64,000 nt of DNA from an uncultured virus (IMG/VR IMGVR_UViG_3300032283_001024). Lineage: Duplodnaviria; Heunggongvirae; Uroviricota; Caudoviricetes. This document shows, one piece after another, positions 39,536 to 49,406 of this stretch. The notes below the pieces were generated by a model, which saw nothing but the letters and a program-made list of their open reading frames with translations, had not been told where the DNA came from and made no database searches. Both the position numbers and the translations under genes were made by a program. Every line of letters begins with the position of its first letter. Within the stretch, counting starts at the first letter, position 1. The stretch is taken from the IMG/VR virus record IMGVR_UViG_3300032283_001024, one strand, 5' to 3'.

Positions 39536-41382
39536 TGACTGGATACATTCTTGACATTGAATCTGATGGGTTAATCCCTCAGATGACAAAAGTCCATTCC
39601 ATTGTCCTAAAGGATATTGACACCGGATTGGTTCACAGCTGCGCAGACCAGCCAGGGTATCCTTCTATACAAAAAGCACTCGAGATCATAAGCAATGCTG
39701 ATCTATTAGTCTTCCATAATGGTATAAAGTTTGATATTCCGGCGCTAAAAAAGATTTATCCCTCCCTTAAACTAAAAAATTCGTGTGCGTTCTATGACAC
39801 TCTTATCGCCAGTCGTTTGTTTTGGCCTGAGCTTGACGGCGTTGATCACGCCAAGTGGAGTCACATCGCACCCAAATACGTGGGTAGACACTCCCTTGCT
39901 GCATGGGGAGAGCGTCTTGGTGTTGCAAAAATCAAGTTCGTTGAAAACACAAAGAAAGACACTGACGTAAAAGACGTCTGGGCGCAGTGGTCGGAGGAGA
40001 TGCAGGTTTACTGCGAAGGTGATGTTGATGTCACTGATGCAGTGTATCGCTACATGATCTCTCAAGAGGCTGACCCCCGGTCCTTAGAACTTGAGCATGA
40101 GTTTGCGGTAGTAATGTCCAAGCAAGAGATGTTTGGATTCCCTTTTAACGAGAGGGCTGCTTTTGCTTTGGTCAACACACTCAAGGTTGAGCGTTCAGAG
40201 ATTGATTCTCAGTTGCAAGAAGTGTTTCCTCCCGTGGTGGAGAAAAGGATCTCTGCTAAGACTGGGAGGCAGCTGAAAGACAAAGTTACTGTCTTCAATC
40301 CTGGATCCAGGCAGCAGACAGCGGAAAGACTGCGAGCGTTGTATCCAGAGATCACGTTTGCTTCTACTGAGAAAGGTAATCCCCAAGTCGATGACGACGT
40401 TCTTGAGGCTTTGGGGGTTAGATATCCTGAAGCTAAACTGTTGGCCAGGTACCAACTGTTGAACAAACGTCTTGGACAGATCGCTGAGGGCAAGGAGGCG
40501 TGGCTTAGGCACTGTACGACCTACAAAGATGGGCGTATTCACGGAGAAATTGTTACTAACGCTTGCGTGTCTGGGCGCTGCGCTCACAAGCGACCGAACA
40601 TGGCACAGGTTCCTAGCGTTGGCCATGCTTACGGCGCTGAATGCCGTGCTCTTTTTTACGCTCCAGAAGGTTGGCGGCTCGTAGGTGCGGACGCGTCAGG
40701 ACTTGAACTCCGTGCGCTCGGAGCGATGCTCGCCTACTACGATGGAGGAGAGTATGCACGACTTGTTAGCAACCCTGATCGGGACGTCCATTTCCATAAC
40801 GCTTGTTTGTTTGGTATTCATAGTAGTGATAAAGTTATAGATAAAGTCACAAGAGATCTTAGTAAACGTTTAATTTATTGTATACTATATGGAGGTGGTG
40901 CTAAAAAGACAGGTTCAATTATATGTCCTGAAGGAAATGAAGATAAACAGTATAGAGAAGGTAAGAGAACTATCGATACTTTTTATTCTAATCTCCCTGC
41001 AATTAAGCAGCTTAAGGACGCTATTGACAAGAAGATTACAGATCGTGGTTACCTGATTGGTATTGATGGGAGGCGCCTACAGATCCGCTCCAGGCATTCG
41101 GCGTTAAATCAATTGTTGCAATCGACTGGCGCAGTGTTAATGAAAAAGGCAACGTGTATTTTGTATGACGATCTTGAAAGCTCTGGATTAACACACAGCA
41201 AAGATTGGGGTTTTTGTGTGTTTTGTCACGATGAGTGGCAAATTTTAACTAGACCAGAACACGTTGATTCTGTAGCGAATACATCAGTAAAAGCTATTGA
41301 AAAAGCCGGAAAGTATTTTAATTTGAAATGTGAGTTTACTGGTGAGTATCGAGTAGGACAAAATTGGCAGGAAACCCACTAA
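39535..41382 (+). CDS. polA: family A DNA polymerase (T7-like, with 3'-5' exonuclease)
   Basis: ExoI DIESD, ExoII HNGIKFD, ExoIII YCEGD, motif A DASGLELR, motif B RDLSKRLIYCILYG, motif C HDE. Confidence 0.96.
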   Translation: MTGYILDIESDGLIPQMTKVHSIVLKDIDTGLVHSCADQPGYPSIQKALEIISNADLLVFHNGIKFDIPALKKIYPSLKLKNSCAFYDTLIASRLFWPELDGVDHAKWSHIAPKYVGRHSLAAWGERLGVAKIKFVENTKKDTDVKDVWAQWSEEMQVYCEGDVDVTDAVYRYMISQEADPRSLELEHEFAVVMSKQEMFGFPFNERAAFALVNTLKVERSEIDSQLQEVFPPVVEKRISAKTGRQLKDKVTVFNPGSRQQTAERLRALYPEITFASTEKGNPQVDDDVLEALGVRYPEAKLLARYQLLNKRLGQIAEGKEAWLRHCTTYKDGRIHGEIVTNACVSGRCAHKRPNMAQVPSVGHAYGAECRALFYAPEGWRLVGADASGLELRALGAMLAYYDGGEYARLVSNPDRDVHFHNACLFGIHSSDKVIDKVTRDLSKRLIYCILYGGGAKKTGSIICPEGNEDKQYREGKRTIDTFYSNLPAIKQLKDAIDKKITDRGYLIGIDGRRLQIRSRHSALNQLLQSTGAVLMKKATCILYDDLESSGLTHSKDWGFCVFCHDEWQILTRPEHVDSVANTSVKAIEKAGKYFNLKCEFTGEYRVGQNWQETH

Positions 41383-41805
41383 CGTCGTGCCCAAGGGGCT
41401 GGTAAGTTGAGGTAAGGAACTAATCCTTGTTTAATAGCTTGTGATGCATAACGAAATTCGTTTCCTACTGCTCTGCTTGATCTGGCTCCGATGTCGGTTT
41501 TTGGGTTAGCTTGTACTGATGGAAGCCAAGAAATGGGATGCTGTGCTGCTTTTCTTGCGGCAAAATTAGTCAAAGATCCACTAGATCCTTGTCCAAATAA
41601 GGCTGCTCCTGTAGCAACTGGACCTGCAAATCGCAGAACTGGTGCGGCAGCTGGAACTAAAGCACTGAGTCCCGCATCAAGAAGGGTACCAGTTGCTGTG
41701 TTGCCTGCAACTTTTCCTGCTGCGTTTTTGTATTTTCCTCTTTCCAAGTCTGCAACAACAGAATCTGCAAGTACTCTGCTACACTGTCTCAGTTGCCATT
41801 TTGAA

Positions 41806-42324
41806 ATGATTCTGCCCGACTTTGCGATCACCAAGCTGTGCCTAGAAGGTATGGTCGAGCCTTTTGATAAGTCTCTTGTCAACCCAGCCAGCATTGACGT
41901 GCGTCTTGGAAACAAGATCATGGTAGAAGACGAGTGGAAGCCAGAAATGGTTCCGATCAATTTGAATGAGTTTGAAGTTGATGAGGACACCCCTTTCATG
42001 TTGTCTCCGGGTCAATTTATACTGGCTGAGACGATTGAAACTTTTAATCTTCCCGACACAATTGCAGCACAATTTGTATTAAAATCTAGTCGTGCTCGCG
42101 AAGGAATCCAACACCTTCTGGCCGGATATTGCGACCCAGGATGGTTCGGTTCTAAGCTAACAATGGAACTTAAGAATATAAGGGAGCTTCACGAGGTAGC
42201 TATTTGGCCGGGTATGAAGATTGGTCAAATGGTTTTTCAAAGGATGGAGTGTGCTCCTTTTTCTTCCTACGCTGTTACAGGTAGGTATAATCAGGATCAA
42301 GAGGTAACAGCGTCTAAGGGATAG
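41806..42324 (+). CDS. dcd: dCTP deaminase
   Basis: NPASIDVRLG, KSSRAREG, AGYCDPGWFG.LTMEL, GMKIGQMVF, Y...GRY..Q. Confidence 0.9.
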   Translation: MILPDFAITKLCLEGMVEPFDKSLVNPASIDVRLGNKIMVEDEWKPEMVPINLNEFEVDEDTPFMLSPGQFILAETIETFNLPDTIAAQFVLKSSRAREGIQHLLAGYCDPGWFGSKLTMELKNIRELHEVAIWPGMKIGQMVFQRMECAPFSSYAVTGRYNQDQEVTASKG

Positions 42325-42435
42325 TTGAATTGATTATTGGCTTTGTAAAGAAAATCAAATATTTTGGGGCCATCCTCTTGGCCCTTGCTATCCTTGTCCG
42401 GCTCCCTACCGGGGAGGCAAACCTCAAAAACAACC

Positions 42436-43155
42436 ATGAACACTTTCGTTGGAATTGCCACCTACACTGGCGAAAAGTTTACAGATAGCGGACTTCGGTT
42501 CATCGAAATGTCAATCCCCAAGGTAGGGAAATCTGGAAGTGATGTACCTGTTCTTGTTGTGCCTAACAAGGCTGCAGGTGAAAACTTTGATGTGTTTCAA
42601 CCAGGTGCTCATCTTCTTGTGAGTGGTCGGTTATATCCAAACCGTCAGGACTACAAAATGTATGTAGTGCCTAATCAGCAACTTGCTCTTGTAACTGACA
42701 AGAACCTTCAGCTCAATAGAGTAAACATTTCTGGAGGTGTTGGCTACATTCCTGATCAACAGAAGGAAGACCTGTTCACCTTTACAATTATGTGTTCGGC
42801 TCCAGCGCAATCCGTTCTGGGACACAGCTGGGAAGACAGCCTCAGTTTCCGTATGGAGAGCTGGGGTGACGATGCTCGCAGGCTGGAGAAGATGCTGCAC
42901 GTTGGTAGGCAGGTCAGTGTTGAGGGTGTGCTTCGTTACAACACCTGGACGGCACAGGACGGTGGACAGCGTGGTATCTACCAGGTGCGTGTCAGGTCTG
43001 GCCTGTATGCGGCTTTTGGTAAAAACAAAAAGCAAGTAGAAGTAGCTCCCAAACAAGAGGGTCCAATCACTGGATACCCTCAATCAACTTCATCAAACTA
43101 CATACAAGCTGTTTCCCCTGCTCCCCAAGCGGTCGAAGAAGAGGTTCCGTTCTGA
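42436..43155 (+). CDS. ssb: ssDNA-binding protein with two OB folds
   Basis: LHVGRQVSVEGVLRYNTW; second OB-like unit at the N-terminus; EEEVPF tail. Confidence 0.75.
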   Translation: MNTFVGIATYTGEKFTDSGLRFIEMSIPKVGKSGSDVPVLVVPNKAAGENFDVFQPGAHLLVSGRLYPNRQDYKMYVVPNQQLALVTDKNLQLNRVNISGGVGYIPDQQKEDLFTFTIMCSAPAQSVLGHSWEDSLSFRMESWGDDARRLEKMLHVGRQVSVEGVLRYNTWTAQDGGQRGIYQVRVRSGLYAAFGKNKKQVEVAPKQEGPITGYPQSTSSNYIQAVSPAPQAVEEEVPF

Positions 43156-43229
43156 TCTGCTGACGCCTACGGGTTTTGACCTGCTTGGCTGTAAAATACC
43201 CTCGAAACTGCCGCGCAAGCGGCTTTCAT

Positions 43230-43297
43230 CTCCAGGTTGGTTGCCGGGCGCGGTGTTCAAAGCCGTGTTTGTGAAGGTTCAAATCCTTCTCTGGAGA
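43230..43297 (+). ncRNA. tRNA-like element with reduced D-arm and UCA in the anticodon position
   Basis: CTCCAGG/TCTGGAG acceptor, GAAGG-TTCAAAT-CCTTC T-arm, GCGGT-GTTCAAA-GCCGT arm. Confidence 0.5.
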
Positions 43298-43326
43298 CAA
43301 CACAAACCGTTTCGACTGTATTGAAC

Positions 43327-44247
43327 ATGGCTAACGTTCTTGATCGTTATTTGAACGCTGAGAAGTATCAAGGAATCATGCGTGATTTCTGCAACTGTCA
43401 AGTGCTAAATGACAAAAGCAAGCCTGGTCTTTTCCTGAAGGATACTGTTCTTCAGCGTATTGGCTGGACCGGAACTGTTGATCAGTTTGTCGATGCTGAA
43501 GAGTATGAGCACACCTACAACAACGGTGACAGCAACAAAGGGATCTTTTTCAAAACTCCACGCATGCTTGTTCTTCATTGCGGATTTCGAAAAGATGTAA
43601 CTTTCATCGAGAACTCTGAGAAGAGTCAAATTGTGGGTCTTTATCCTCGTGATTCTAAAATGTATGACGAGTGGAATGAAGAGAATCCTGACAAACCCTC
43701 TCCTTACAAGCGTCGTCGCGTGGTTCTTGTTTTCTTGGTTGACAAAGACGGCGTACCTACTCACAAAAAACCCCTAATCCTGTCGATTCACGGGGGTGCT
43801 TCTAACCTGTTTACTGATGCTTATGGTACTTTCATTGAGCAGCTGGAAGCGGTGTTTGCTGAAGCCATGGGTATGAAAGGTGCTGCGGGCTTTGACCCTA
43901 AGCAGTCAGCTGCCGCAATCTTTAGTCCTACGTTCGGCTCTAAGCAGTACGGGGAGAAAAAGACCAGCTGGATTGCTTACCCTAAATCTTGGACTGTTCC
44001 TACTGCCAAAACCCTTGGTGATTTCTTTCCGAAAGCAGACGACACAATCGATTTTATTGAGGAAGTGTGGACGACCTGCAAGCCTGAAGTTTACGCTGAA
44101 GCTTTCTTCAAGCAATGCGAAAAGGAGATTGGTTACCACGCAATCAAGGAAGGCCTTGATTTTACCCTGCCTCCAGTAGAGTCTGGTAACAGCAGTCGTG
44201 TGCTGCTCGGTGCCAGGGATGCGGAAACTGGGGAGATCACACTCTGA
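43327..44247 (+). CDS. conserved cyanobacterial/phage protein (DUF5895-like; possible ssDNA-binding or annealing role)
   Basis: CQVLND...GLFL...IGW, PRMLVL, VFLVDKDG.P.HKKPL.L; family recalled, not searched. Confidence 0.55.
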   Translation: MANVLDRYLNAEKYQGIMRDFCNCQVLNDKSKPGLFLKDTVLQRIGWTGTVDQFVDAEEYEHTYNNGDSNKGIFFKTPRMLVLHCGFRKDVTFIENSEKSQIVGLYPRDSKMYDEWNEENPDKPSPYKRRRVVLVFLVDKDGVPTHKKPLILSIHGGASNLFTDAYGTFIEQLEAVFAEAMGMKGAAGFDPKQSAAAIFSPTFGSKQYGEKKTSWIAYPKSWTVPTAKTLGDFFPKADDTIDFIEEVWTTCKPEVYAEAFFKQCEKEIGYHAIKEGLDFTLPPVESGNSSRVLLGARDAETGEITL

Positions 44248-44262
44248 TCTGATTTGAGTGTT

Positions 44263-44293
44263 GAGGGGCTGGTCGAAAGACTGGCCCTTTTTT
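44263..44293 (+). terminator. intrinsic terminator
   Basis: GGGGCTGGTC-GAAA-GACTGGCCCT followed by a T-run. Confidence 0.85.
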
Positions 44294-44301
44294 AGTGCTT
44301 G

Positions 44302-44466
44302 TTACGAGCAAAAAAATTGTTTCTCTAGTAACAGCCGTTTCAACTGTTTTTTACGTTCCTTTCGCAATTCATGTTCTTTGAGCCACAATGCAAAGTAAGC
44401 CAGATCACCTTCACTGTATTTTTCTGGGTTTGCCAGAGCGTGTTTAACCAGTTTTGCAGTTTTCAT
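44302..44466 (-). CDS. small basic protein (54 aa, below ORF-track cutoff)
   Basis: MKTAKLVKHALANPEKYSEGDLAYFALWLKE. Confidence 0.55.
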   Translation of the reverse strand: MKTAKLVKHALANPEKYSEGDLAYFALWLKEHELRKERKKQLKRLLLEKQFFCS

Positions 44467-44493
44467 TGGTCAATAGCAAGCAACTAATGTGTT

Positions 44494-44757
44494 TTAGGTT
44501 TCTTTCAGCGCAACTTCATGCGCCGCAAAAAATTCCTTTTTGTCTTGTTCAAGGCTTTTCCTGATCAAGCTACGAATTACTCCTTGTCGGCTGGTAGCCA
44601 AAGTCGCTAAAAGAAGTGCAACTTCTCTTAACTGTTCAATGTCTTTCTCGGCTTCAATTTCTCTACGTAATGCAGTCATTCGAAACTGCTCCTCAAACGT
44701 TCCCTTCAAATCTTCCTCTGTAATAAGAAGAGGAGTCAGTTCAGAATCTGGCATCAC
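44494..44757 (-). CDS. small helical protein
   Basis: TFEEQFRMTALRREIE...EQLREVALLL; loosely NblA-like. Confidence 0.55.
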   Translation of the reverse strand: MMPDSELTPLLITEEDLKGTFEEQFRMTALRREIEAEKDIEQLREVALLLATLATSRQGVIRSLIRKSLEQDKKEFFAAHEVALKET

Positions 44758-44904
44758 TAAAACGCGTGCTGATCAAGTTTAGTACAAAAGCACTTGATGT
44801 CAAGTAGCAATCGTTACTTGATAAACTTGTGTGACAATCCTGAAAATCTCTTGCTTTGCTGACCTCTCTGCAGCTAAGCTGCCACCGCACACAGCCCACC
44901 TCCA

Positions 44905-45045
44905 GTGGCCAAAAAATCTCCAACGGTTACCACCAACCACAAGGAGTCCCTTCCCAAGCGGACTTCCATTGGCCAAGGTCGCAGAAAGCGTGGCTCCTGG
45001 AACCAGCAGCGTAAAAAGCCCCTTCGCGGCCAAGGCAAAAGCTAA
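44905..45045 (+). CDS. small basic phage protein (46 aa)
   Basis: MAKK...PKRTSIGQGRRKRGS...KKPLRGQGKS. Confidence 0.55.
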   Translation: MAKKSPTVTTNHKESLPKRTSIGQGRRKRGSWNQQRKKPLRGQGKS

Positions 45046-45071
45046 CACCTAAACGCACACACAAACCAACC

Positions 45072-45668
45072 ATGGCGGACAAACTTACTTACTCCCAGAT
45101 CTCGGAGCAAATCCAACACATGAATCTTTTGAAAGACATGCCAGAGCTTTCAGAGGATGATAAGACCAAAGTACATGATCACTTAAAAGAGCTTGCATCA
45201 CGCCAGGAACGAAAGTTTGATAACATCATTTTGATGTTAAAAAAGTGTGATAGTTACATCAATGCTCTTGAAACTGAGCTTCAAGAAATTACTGAAAACC
45301 TGGAAGCTTGGAAAAAGAATAAAAGCATGATCGTTGACATTATTAAGTTTGCTTATCAACAGGAACTAATAGGTAACAAACCAACTGGTATCAAATATCA
45401 GGGAATGTTCAAGAGAGTTAAGCCGCGACTCATCGACAATTTTAGTCAATGGTCTGAAAAAGAACGTGTCGAATTTGGTCTTCGCAAGACTACGACAATT
45501 ACCAGGATTCTGGATAGTGCTGTCGTTGAAGTGAAACAGGAAAACATTCCTGACAGAGATCGGGTCAGGCATGCTTTAGCAAACGACGGCACAGCTCCAG
45601 CAACAGCAGAGCTTGTTCCAAGTTTCAGTTTCATCTACGAAAGAAGGAAGAGAATCTCTAACAAGTGA
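45072..45668 (+). CDS. siphovirus Gp157-like coiled-coil protein
   Basis: KFDNIILMLK...INALETELQEI..LEAWKKNK pattern in a replication module. Confidence 0.65.
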   Translation: MADKLTYSQISEQIQHMNLLKDMPELSEDDKTKVHDHLKELASRQERKFDNIILMLKKCDSYINALETELQEITENLEAWKKNKSMIVDIIKFAYQQELIGNKPTGIKYQGMFKRVKPRLIDNFSQWSEKERVEFGLRKTTTITRILDSAVVEVKQENIPDRDRVRHALANDGTAPATAELVPSFSFIYERRKRISNK

Positions 45669-45695
45669 TTCTTAGTAAACCCTTACCACTTGTAA

Positions 45696-46226
45696 TTGAC
45701 CATGACTTCCCCTGATTCCAATAACACTCAAATGGACTACGAAGAATTTTTCAAAAGAGAGGCGCACGCAATCATTAAGAAGCTTGCCCTTCTTGACACC
45801 ATGCTTCCGTGGAGTGACTTAAATCATGCCGAAAAACTTCTCAACATCTATGACAATATCAAGTACATGGTAGACAAGCGGTACAGAGGTGAAGTGCCAC
45901 AAATCGCAGGATTCGATTCGATTACTACACACCTTAGTATTAATGATTTGGCAAAGCTTGTGAAAGAAACTGTTGACACTGCCCTCGAAGAGTCAAATGC
46001 TCCTGAATTACGCGACTTCTTTTACTACACGGCGAATGTTGATGAAGACGGCATCGTTATCCTTCCTGACGAACTTATCGAGTCTCTTGGGTGGGAAGAA
46101 GGTGACGAACTTGTCTGGGAGATTAAAAGCGACAATACTGTGTCAATCACCAAACTAGAAAAAATTGTGGAAGAAGCTAAGGAAGAAATTAAGGAAGAAA
46201 TTGAGGAAGAAAATGAAACTAACTAA
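45696..46226 (+). CDS. protein with C-terminal AbrB/MazE-like domain
   Basis: VDEDGIVILPDELIESLGWEEGDELVWEI. Confidence 0.7.
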   Translation: MTMTSPDSNNTQMDYEEFFKREAHAIIKKLALLDTMLPWSDLNHAEKLLNIYDNIKYMVDKRYRGEVPQIAGFDSITTHLSINDLAKLVKETVDTALEESNAPELRDFFYYTANVDEDGIVILPDELIESLGWEEGDELVWEIKSDNTVSITKLEKIVEEAKEEIKEEIEEENETN

Positions 46227-46419
46227 GGTACAAGAACACCTTATCCGCCGTATGACAGTCAATTACTTGGCTTACATGGGGCAAAAAAGTGTTACAAAAG
46301 AGTGGCTTGAAGGTTATTTTCAAGCCAAAAAAGACTGCAACAATTTTCTAGAGCAGCACAAGATCTTTGAACCCAACAAAGAGGAGAATGAAGAAAACCG
46401 CCGCACCAGTGGCGAGTAA

Positions 46420-47760
46420 TTAACGGCTAATTTCTTCCCAGTCTACGGATGCATGGAGACTTGCGTTAGTTGTGCTTCCAGCCGCAACTAACGTAAGCTC
46501 ATATGCAGTGTTAGCAAAACCGTCTCTTTCTAATTGAAATTTAAAAAGAGCTTCTTTTAGGATGTCAACCGGATTTGAAGACTGGTTTGAAGCACTGGAA
46601 TAACCCTGTGCAAGAATACGTCCTCCTGAAAAACTAGTTCCAGTTAAATTGTATTCTACAGCTGAATCTGTTCCTGCACTAACCCAGGTTCCTCCGGTGG
46701 TTGTTCCTGTTGCAACAACTGACCAGTTGTAGTGAGCGTTATTCGAGAGTCCAAGGAAAGACAAAGCAGTCAAAATAACAATCGCATCTAAACGATTTGG
46801 AGAACTTTTTAATCGAATTGAAATAACAGGATATTTTGTTCCGGCAGTAGACAAAGTGGCTGGAGCAGTAATCGAAGTTCCAATGCTTTGCTGAAGTCCG
46901 CGAAGCTCGTAACCACCTTCTGAGATTACGGTAGAACAGATTTGTTTCAGAGTGCTGCTACCTGAAGTTGTTCCTGTATTCTCAACCTCGTAACGAATAG
47001 GAAGAGAAGCTGTAGTGATGTAAGTAGAACTAACCAAGTTTGCGTGATGAAACTGGTGGCAGAGAATAAACTTACCGTCAATAACAAAACCAAGGCGAAC
47101 AGTACCTAATCCCAACCACTCAACATCCATCCATAAAATCTGAGCTTTAGTAATACCTAGAGTAATTTTTGATGGCCCAGTTCCATCCATCGTATCGACG
47201 TTCCAGTTAGCAGATGAAACTTTTGTTTCAACTAGCGATCCACTTACACTACTTCTTTCTACCAATGCAAGCGTGTTGCCACTTGTTCCATCTAGCTCCA
47301 GGAAGTAACCATTTGCTGCTCCGTAGTAACCTACTCTTTGTCTGAGATTTGTTTTTGCTGCATTTAGGACAAAAGTTGTCATAATTAACAAACTTTTGCC
47401 TGGCTGATATGAAAACACTTTTGTAGTTTCTCTATAGACTTTGGATCCTGATGTAGTAGTTACAGCCAAATCAATTAATCCTTGGTTTGCGTTAAACGTT
47501 GCAGTCCCTCCTGAGGCTGTAAGGCTGCTCCACAGGTTGTTGTCTCGATACCTGTGACTAGAATCAAAAAGAGTCAAAGGGTTGGAAACCCGGGCTCTAC
47601 CAAAAGCATCGACTGCAGTTGATTTGTTGCTAATGCCAGGGTCAGTGGTCACCTGAATCGGTTGTCCAGTGATAGCAACGTTTGTTGCTTCTGTATTCAT
47701 GGGCCGGGTCTTAATGACCTCGTACCTGTTTAAATCAACCGAATCGATGACCGTTGCCAT
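46420..47760 (-). CDS. Thr/Ser-rich beta-sandwich protein (putative virion/lectin-like)
   Basis: DAFGRARVSNPLTLFD, YQPGKS, DVEWLGLGTVRLGF. Confidence 0.75.
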   Translation of the reverse strand: MATVIDSVDLNRYEVIKTRPMNTEATNVAITGQPIQVTTDPGISNKSTAVDAFGRARVSNPLTLFDSSHRYRDNNLWSSLTASGGTATFNANQGLIDLAVTTTSGSKVYRETTKVFSYQPGKSLLIMTTFVLNAAKTNLRQRVGYYGAANGYFLELDGTSGNTLALVERSSVSGSLVETKVSSANWNVDTMDGTGPSKITLGITKAQILWMDVEWLGLGTVRLGFVIDGKFILCHQFHHANLVSSTYITTASLPIRYEVENTGTTSGSSTLKQICSTVISEGGYELRGLQQSIGTSITAPATLSTAGTKYPVISIRLKSSPNRLDAIVILTALSFLGLSNNAHYNWSVVATGTTTGGTWVSAGTDSAVEYNLTGTSFSGGRILAQGYSSASNQSSNPVDILKEALFKFQLERDGFANTAYELTLVAAGSTTNASLHASVDWEEISR

Positions 47761-47840
47761 TACTGCGTCTGTCTTTTGTACTCAGTTTACCTCCTAACAG
47801 GTTTAGGTGTAAGATTAGGTGTCTTCAGCAGACCCTTTTT

Positions 47841-48700
47841 GTGAAAACACGCAATAAAACCCTCAAGTACAAAGGAGTACCTTCTGAAATGCTTGATCCT
47901 TTTGTTTTTGAGGGCTATGAAATCAAGTCTCTTAAGCATGGGAACACGGGACACACTTTGTACTACGCACCACGAGTGGAAGATTTTGAGCCGCAGTGGA
48001 CAATGGATCTGGAAACGGCAAAAAAAGGCGTTTTGAAGTGGAAAGCTGCAGGCTGCCCAATGGTCGGCGCAGGTAAGTTGAGCGGCGTAGAATCAGTTAC
48101 AGCTTAATTTCTAAGGATAGGATCAAGTGGTGCGGCCTGTTGCGACTGACCTGATGGACGATCTGGCCTACCAGATCCATGAGCACCTGCTTGAAGAATC
48201 AGTGTCATTTGAAAACAGTCACTTGGTCCTTATTCCAATCACTGATCTGGTCAAAAAGTTTCAAAAGAACCACAGAACCATCAACCGTCGTTTGTCAGCG
48301 TTGAAAGATGAAGGACTTCTAGTTCCCCTTATCAAAAAGACTTACGGAACTTTGTACAACATCAAAGATCCGGATGATGAAACAGATGGCTGAAGCACAT
48401 AACCCCGCTATTGACCTGGTAGATCTGCTGGGATCGTTTACCGATAATGGTAGATCCCTTCGATCATTTATCAACCATCCGCAAGAACTAGCTATCTGTG
48501 TTCTTACTGCTGGTCTGATGGCAAATACCAAACTGTCAATGACTCCAGAGGACGCCATTAAGGCTTCATTCGACATTCACTCCAGAATTCAGAGGCACGT
48601 TGCTGCTTATCAGAACATGCAGTTTGCTGCCACGGTGGACGAGGCATTTAAACCGCACCCTGAGATGCGAGAGCGACCTCCTGAAACAGATGGTGATTGA
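47841..48700 (+). other. three CDS (47841-48107; 48127-48393 winged HTH; 48386-48700)
   Basis: ITDLVKKFQKNHRTINRRLSALKDEGLL wHTH in the middle gene. Confidence 0.6.
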
Positions 48701-48875
48701 CCTGTTACATTATATTTGATAGAGGCCAGCCCGCTGTTTGCACGGTTGGTCCATCAACAACACCCCTCAAGCCTATCTCCCACACGCAGACCATTCTGCT
48801 GACGTCAGTAAAATGGTTCTGAGGATGACGCTCAAACAAAGGGGTCACTATTCACACTACTCCTGCAATCTGATC

Positions 48876-49034
48876 ATGGCTGAAAAGAAACCTGCTGGAC
48901 TTTACGCTAACATTCACGCCAAGCAAGCGCGGATCAAGAACGGTAGTGGCGAACAGATGCGAAAGCCTGGAGATCCTAAAGCGCCTACCAACAAAGATTT
49001 TCGAGACTCAGCCAAGACTGCTAAGAAGAAATAG
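48876..49034 (+). CDS. small basic conserved phage protein
   Basis: GLYANIHAKQARIKNGSGEQMRKPG..APT..F..SAKTAKK. Confidence 0.75.
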   Translation: MAEKKPAGLYANIHAKQARIKNGSGEQMRKPGDPKAPTNKDFRDSAKTAKKK

Positions 49035-49040
49035 TTTACA

Positions 49041-49112
49041 AGGTCGATAGCCCAAGCAGAGGCAGCCGAGACAATCGGAACTCAGTGGGTGGTTCAAGTC
49101 CCCCTCGACCTA
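49041..49112 (+). tRNA. degenerate tRNA / pseudo-tRNA (anticodon unassignable)
   Basis: AGGTCGA/TCGACCT acceptor, U8A9, GCC/GGC D-stem, GGTTCAAGTC T-loop; non-canonical anticodon loop. Confidence 0.6.
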
Positions 49113-49178
49113 TTCGACGTGCTACTACCCTCATTTGAAATGAGGGTGTCATTTGAACTGACGCCCTTGCAACCATGC

Positions 49179-49394
49179 TTAGTTGTTAATGGTGCTACAA
49201 ATCAGAGCGGCAGACTGATTGATAATTTTTATCTCTCCTCCTCTTGGGTGATCTCCATAACGCAAATACACTTCAGCTTTTTCCTGTGCTTCTTCGGCTG
49301 ACTCTGCACGCATTGTAAGAGTCCACTCCATTGACGTAACTTTGTTCATCCGAAAAGTAAACTCAGGTTTCATTTTTGGGTGAACAAGGTTCAA
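49179..49394 (-). CDS. small hypothetical protein
   Basis: RAESAEEAQEKA pattern. Confidence 0.45.
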   Translation of the reverse strand: MNLVHPKMKPEFTFRMNKVTSMEWTLTMRAESAEEAQEKAEVYLRYGDHPRGGEIKIINQSAALICSTINN

Positions 49395-49406
49395 TAGGTG
49401 CCTGAG

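Noticed and set aside
41491..41805. N-terminal extension of dCTP deaminase
   Set aside because: It is the antisense of another frame; dcd-like sequence starts at ATG 41806, just after a -10-like TACACT.
43230..43297. Evidence for UGA recoding (alternative genetic code)
   Set aside because: TGA is used as a normal stop throughout, with ATGA/TGATG overlaps and intact genes under code 11.
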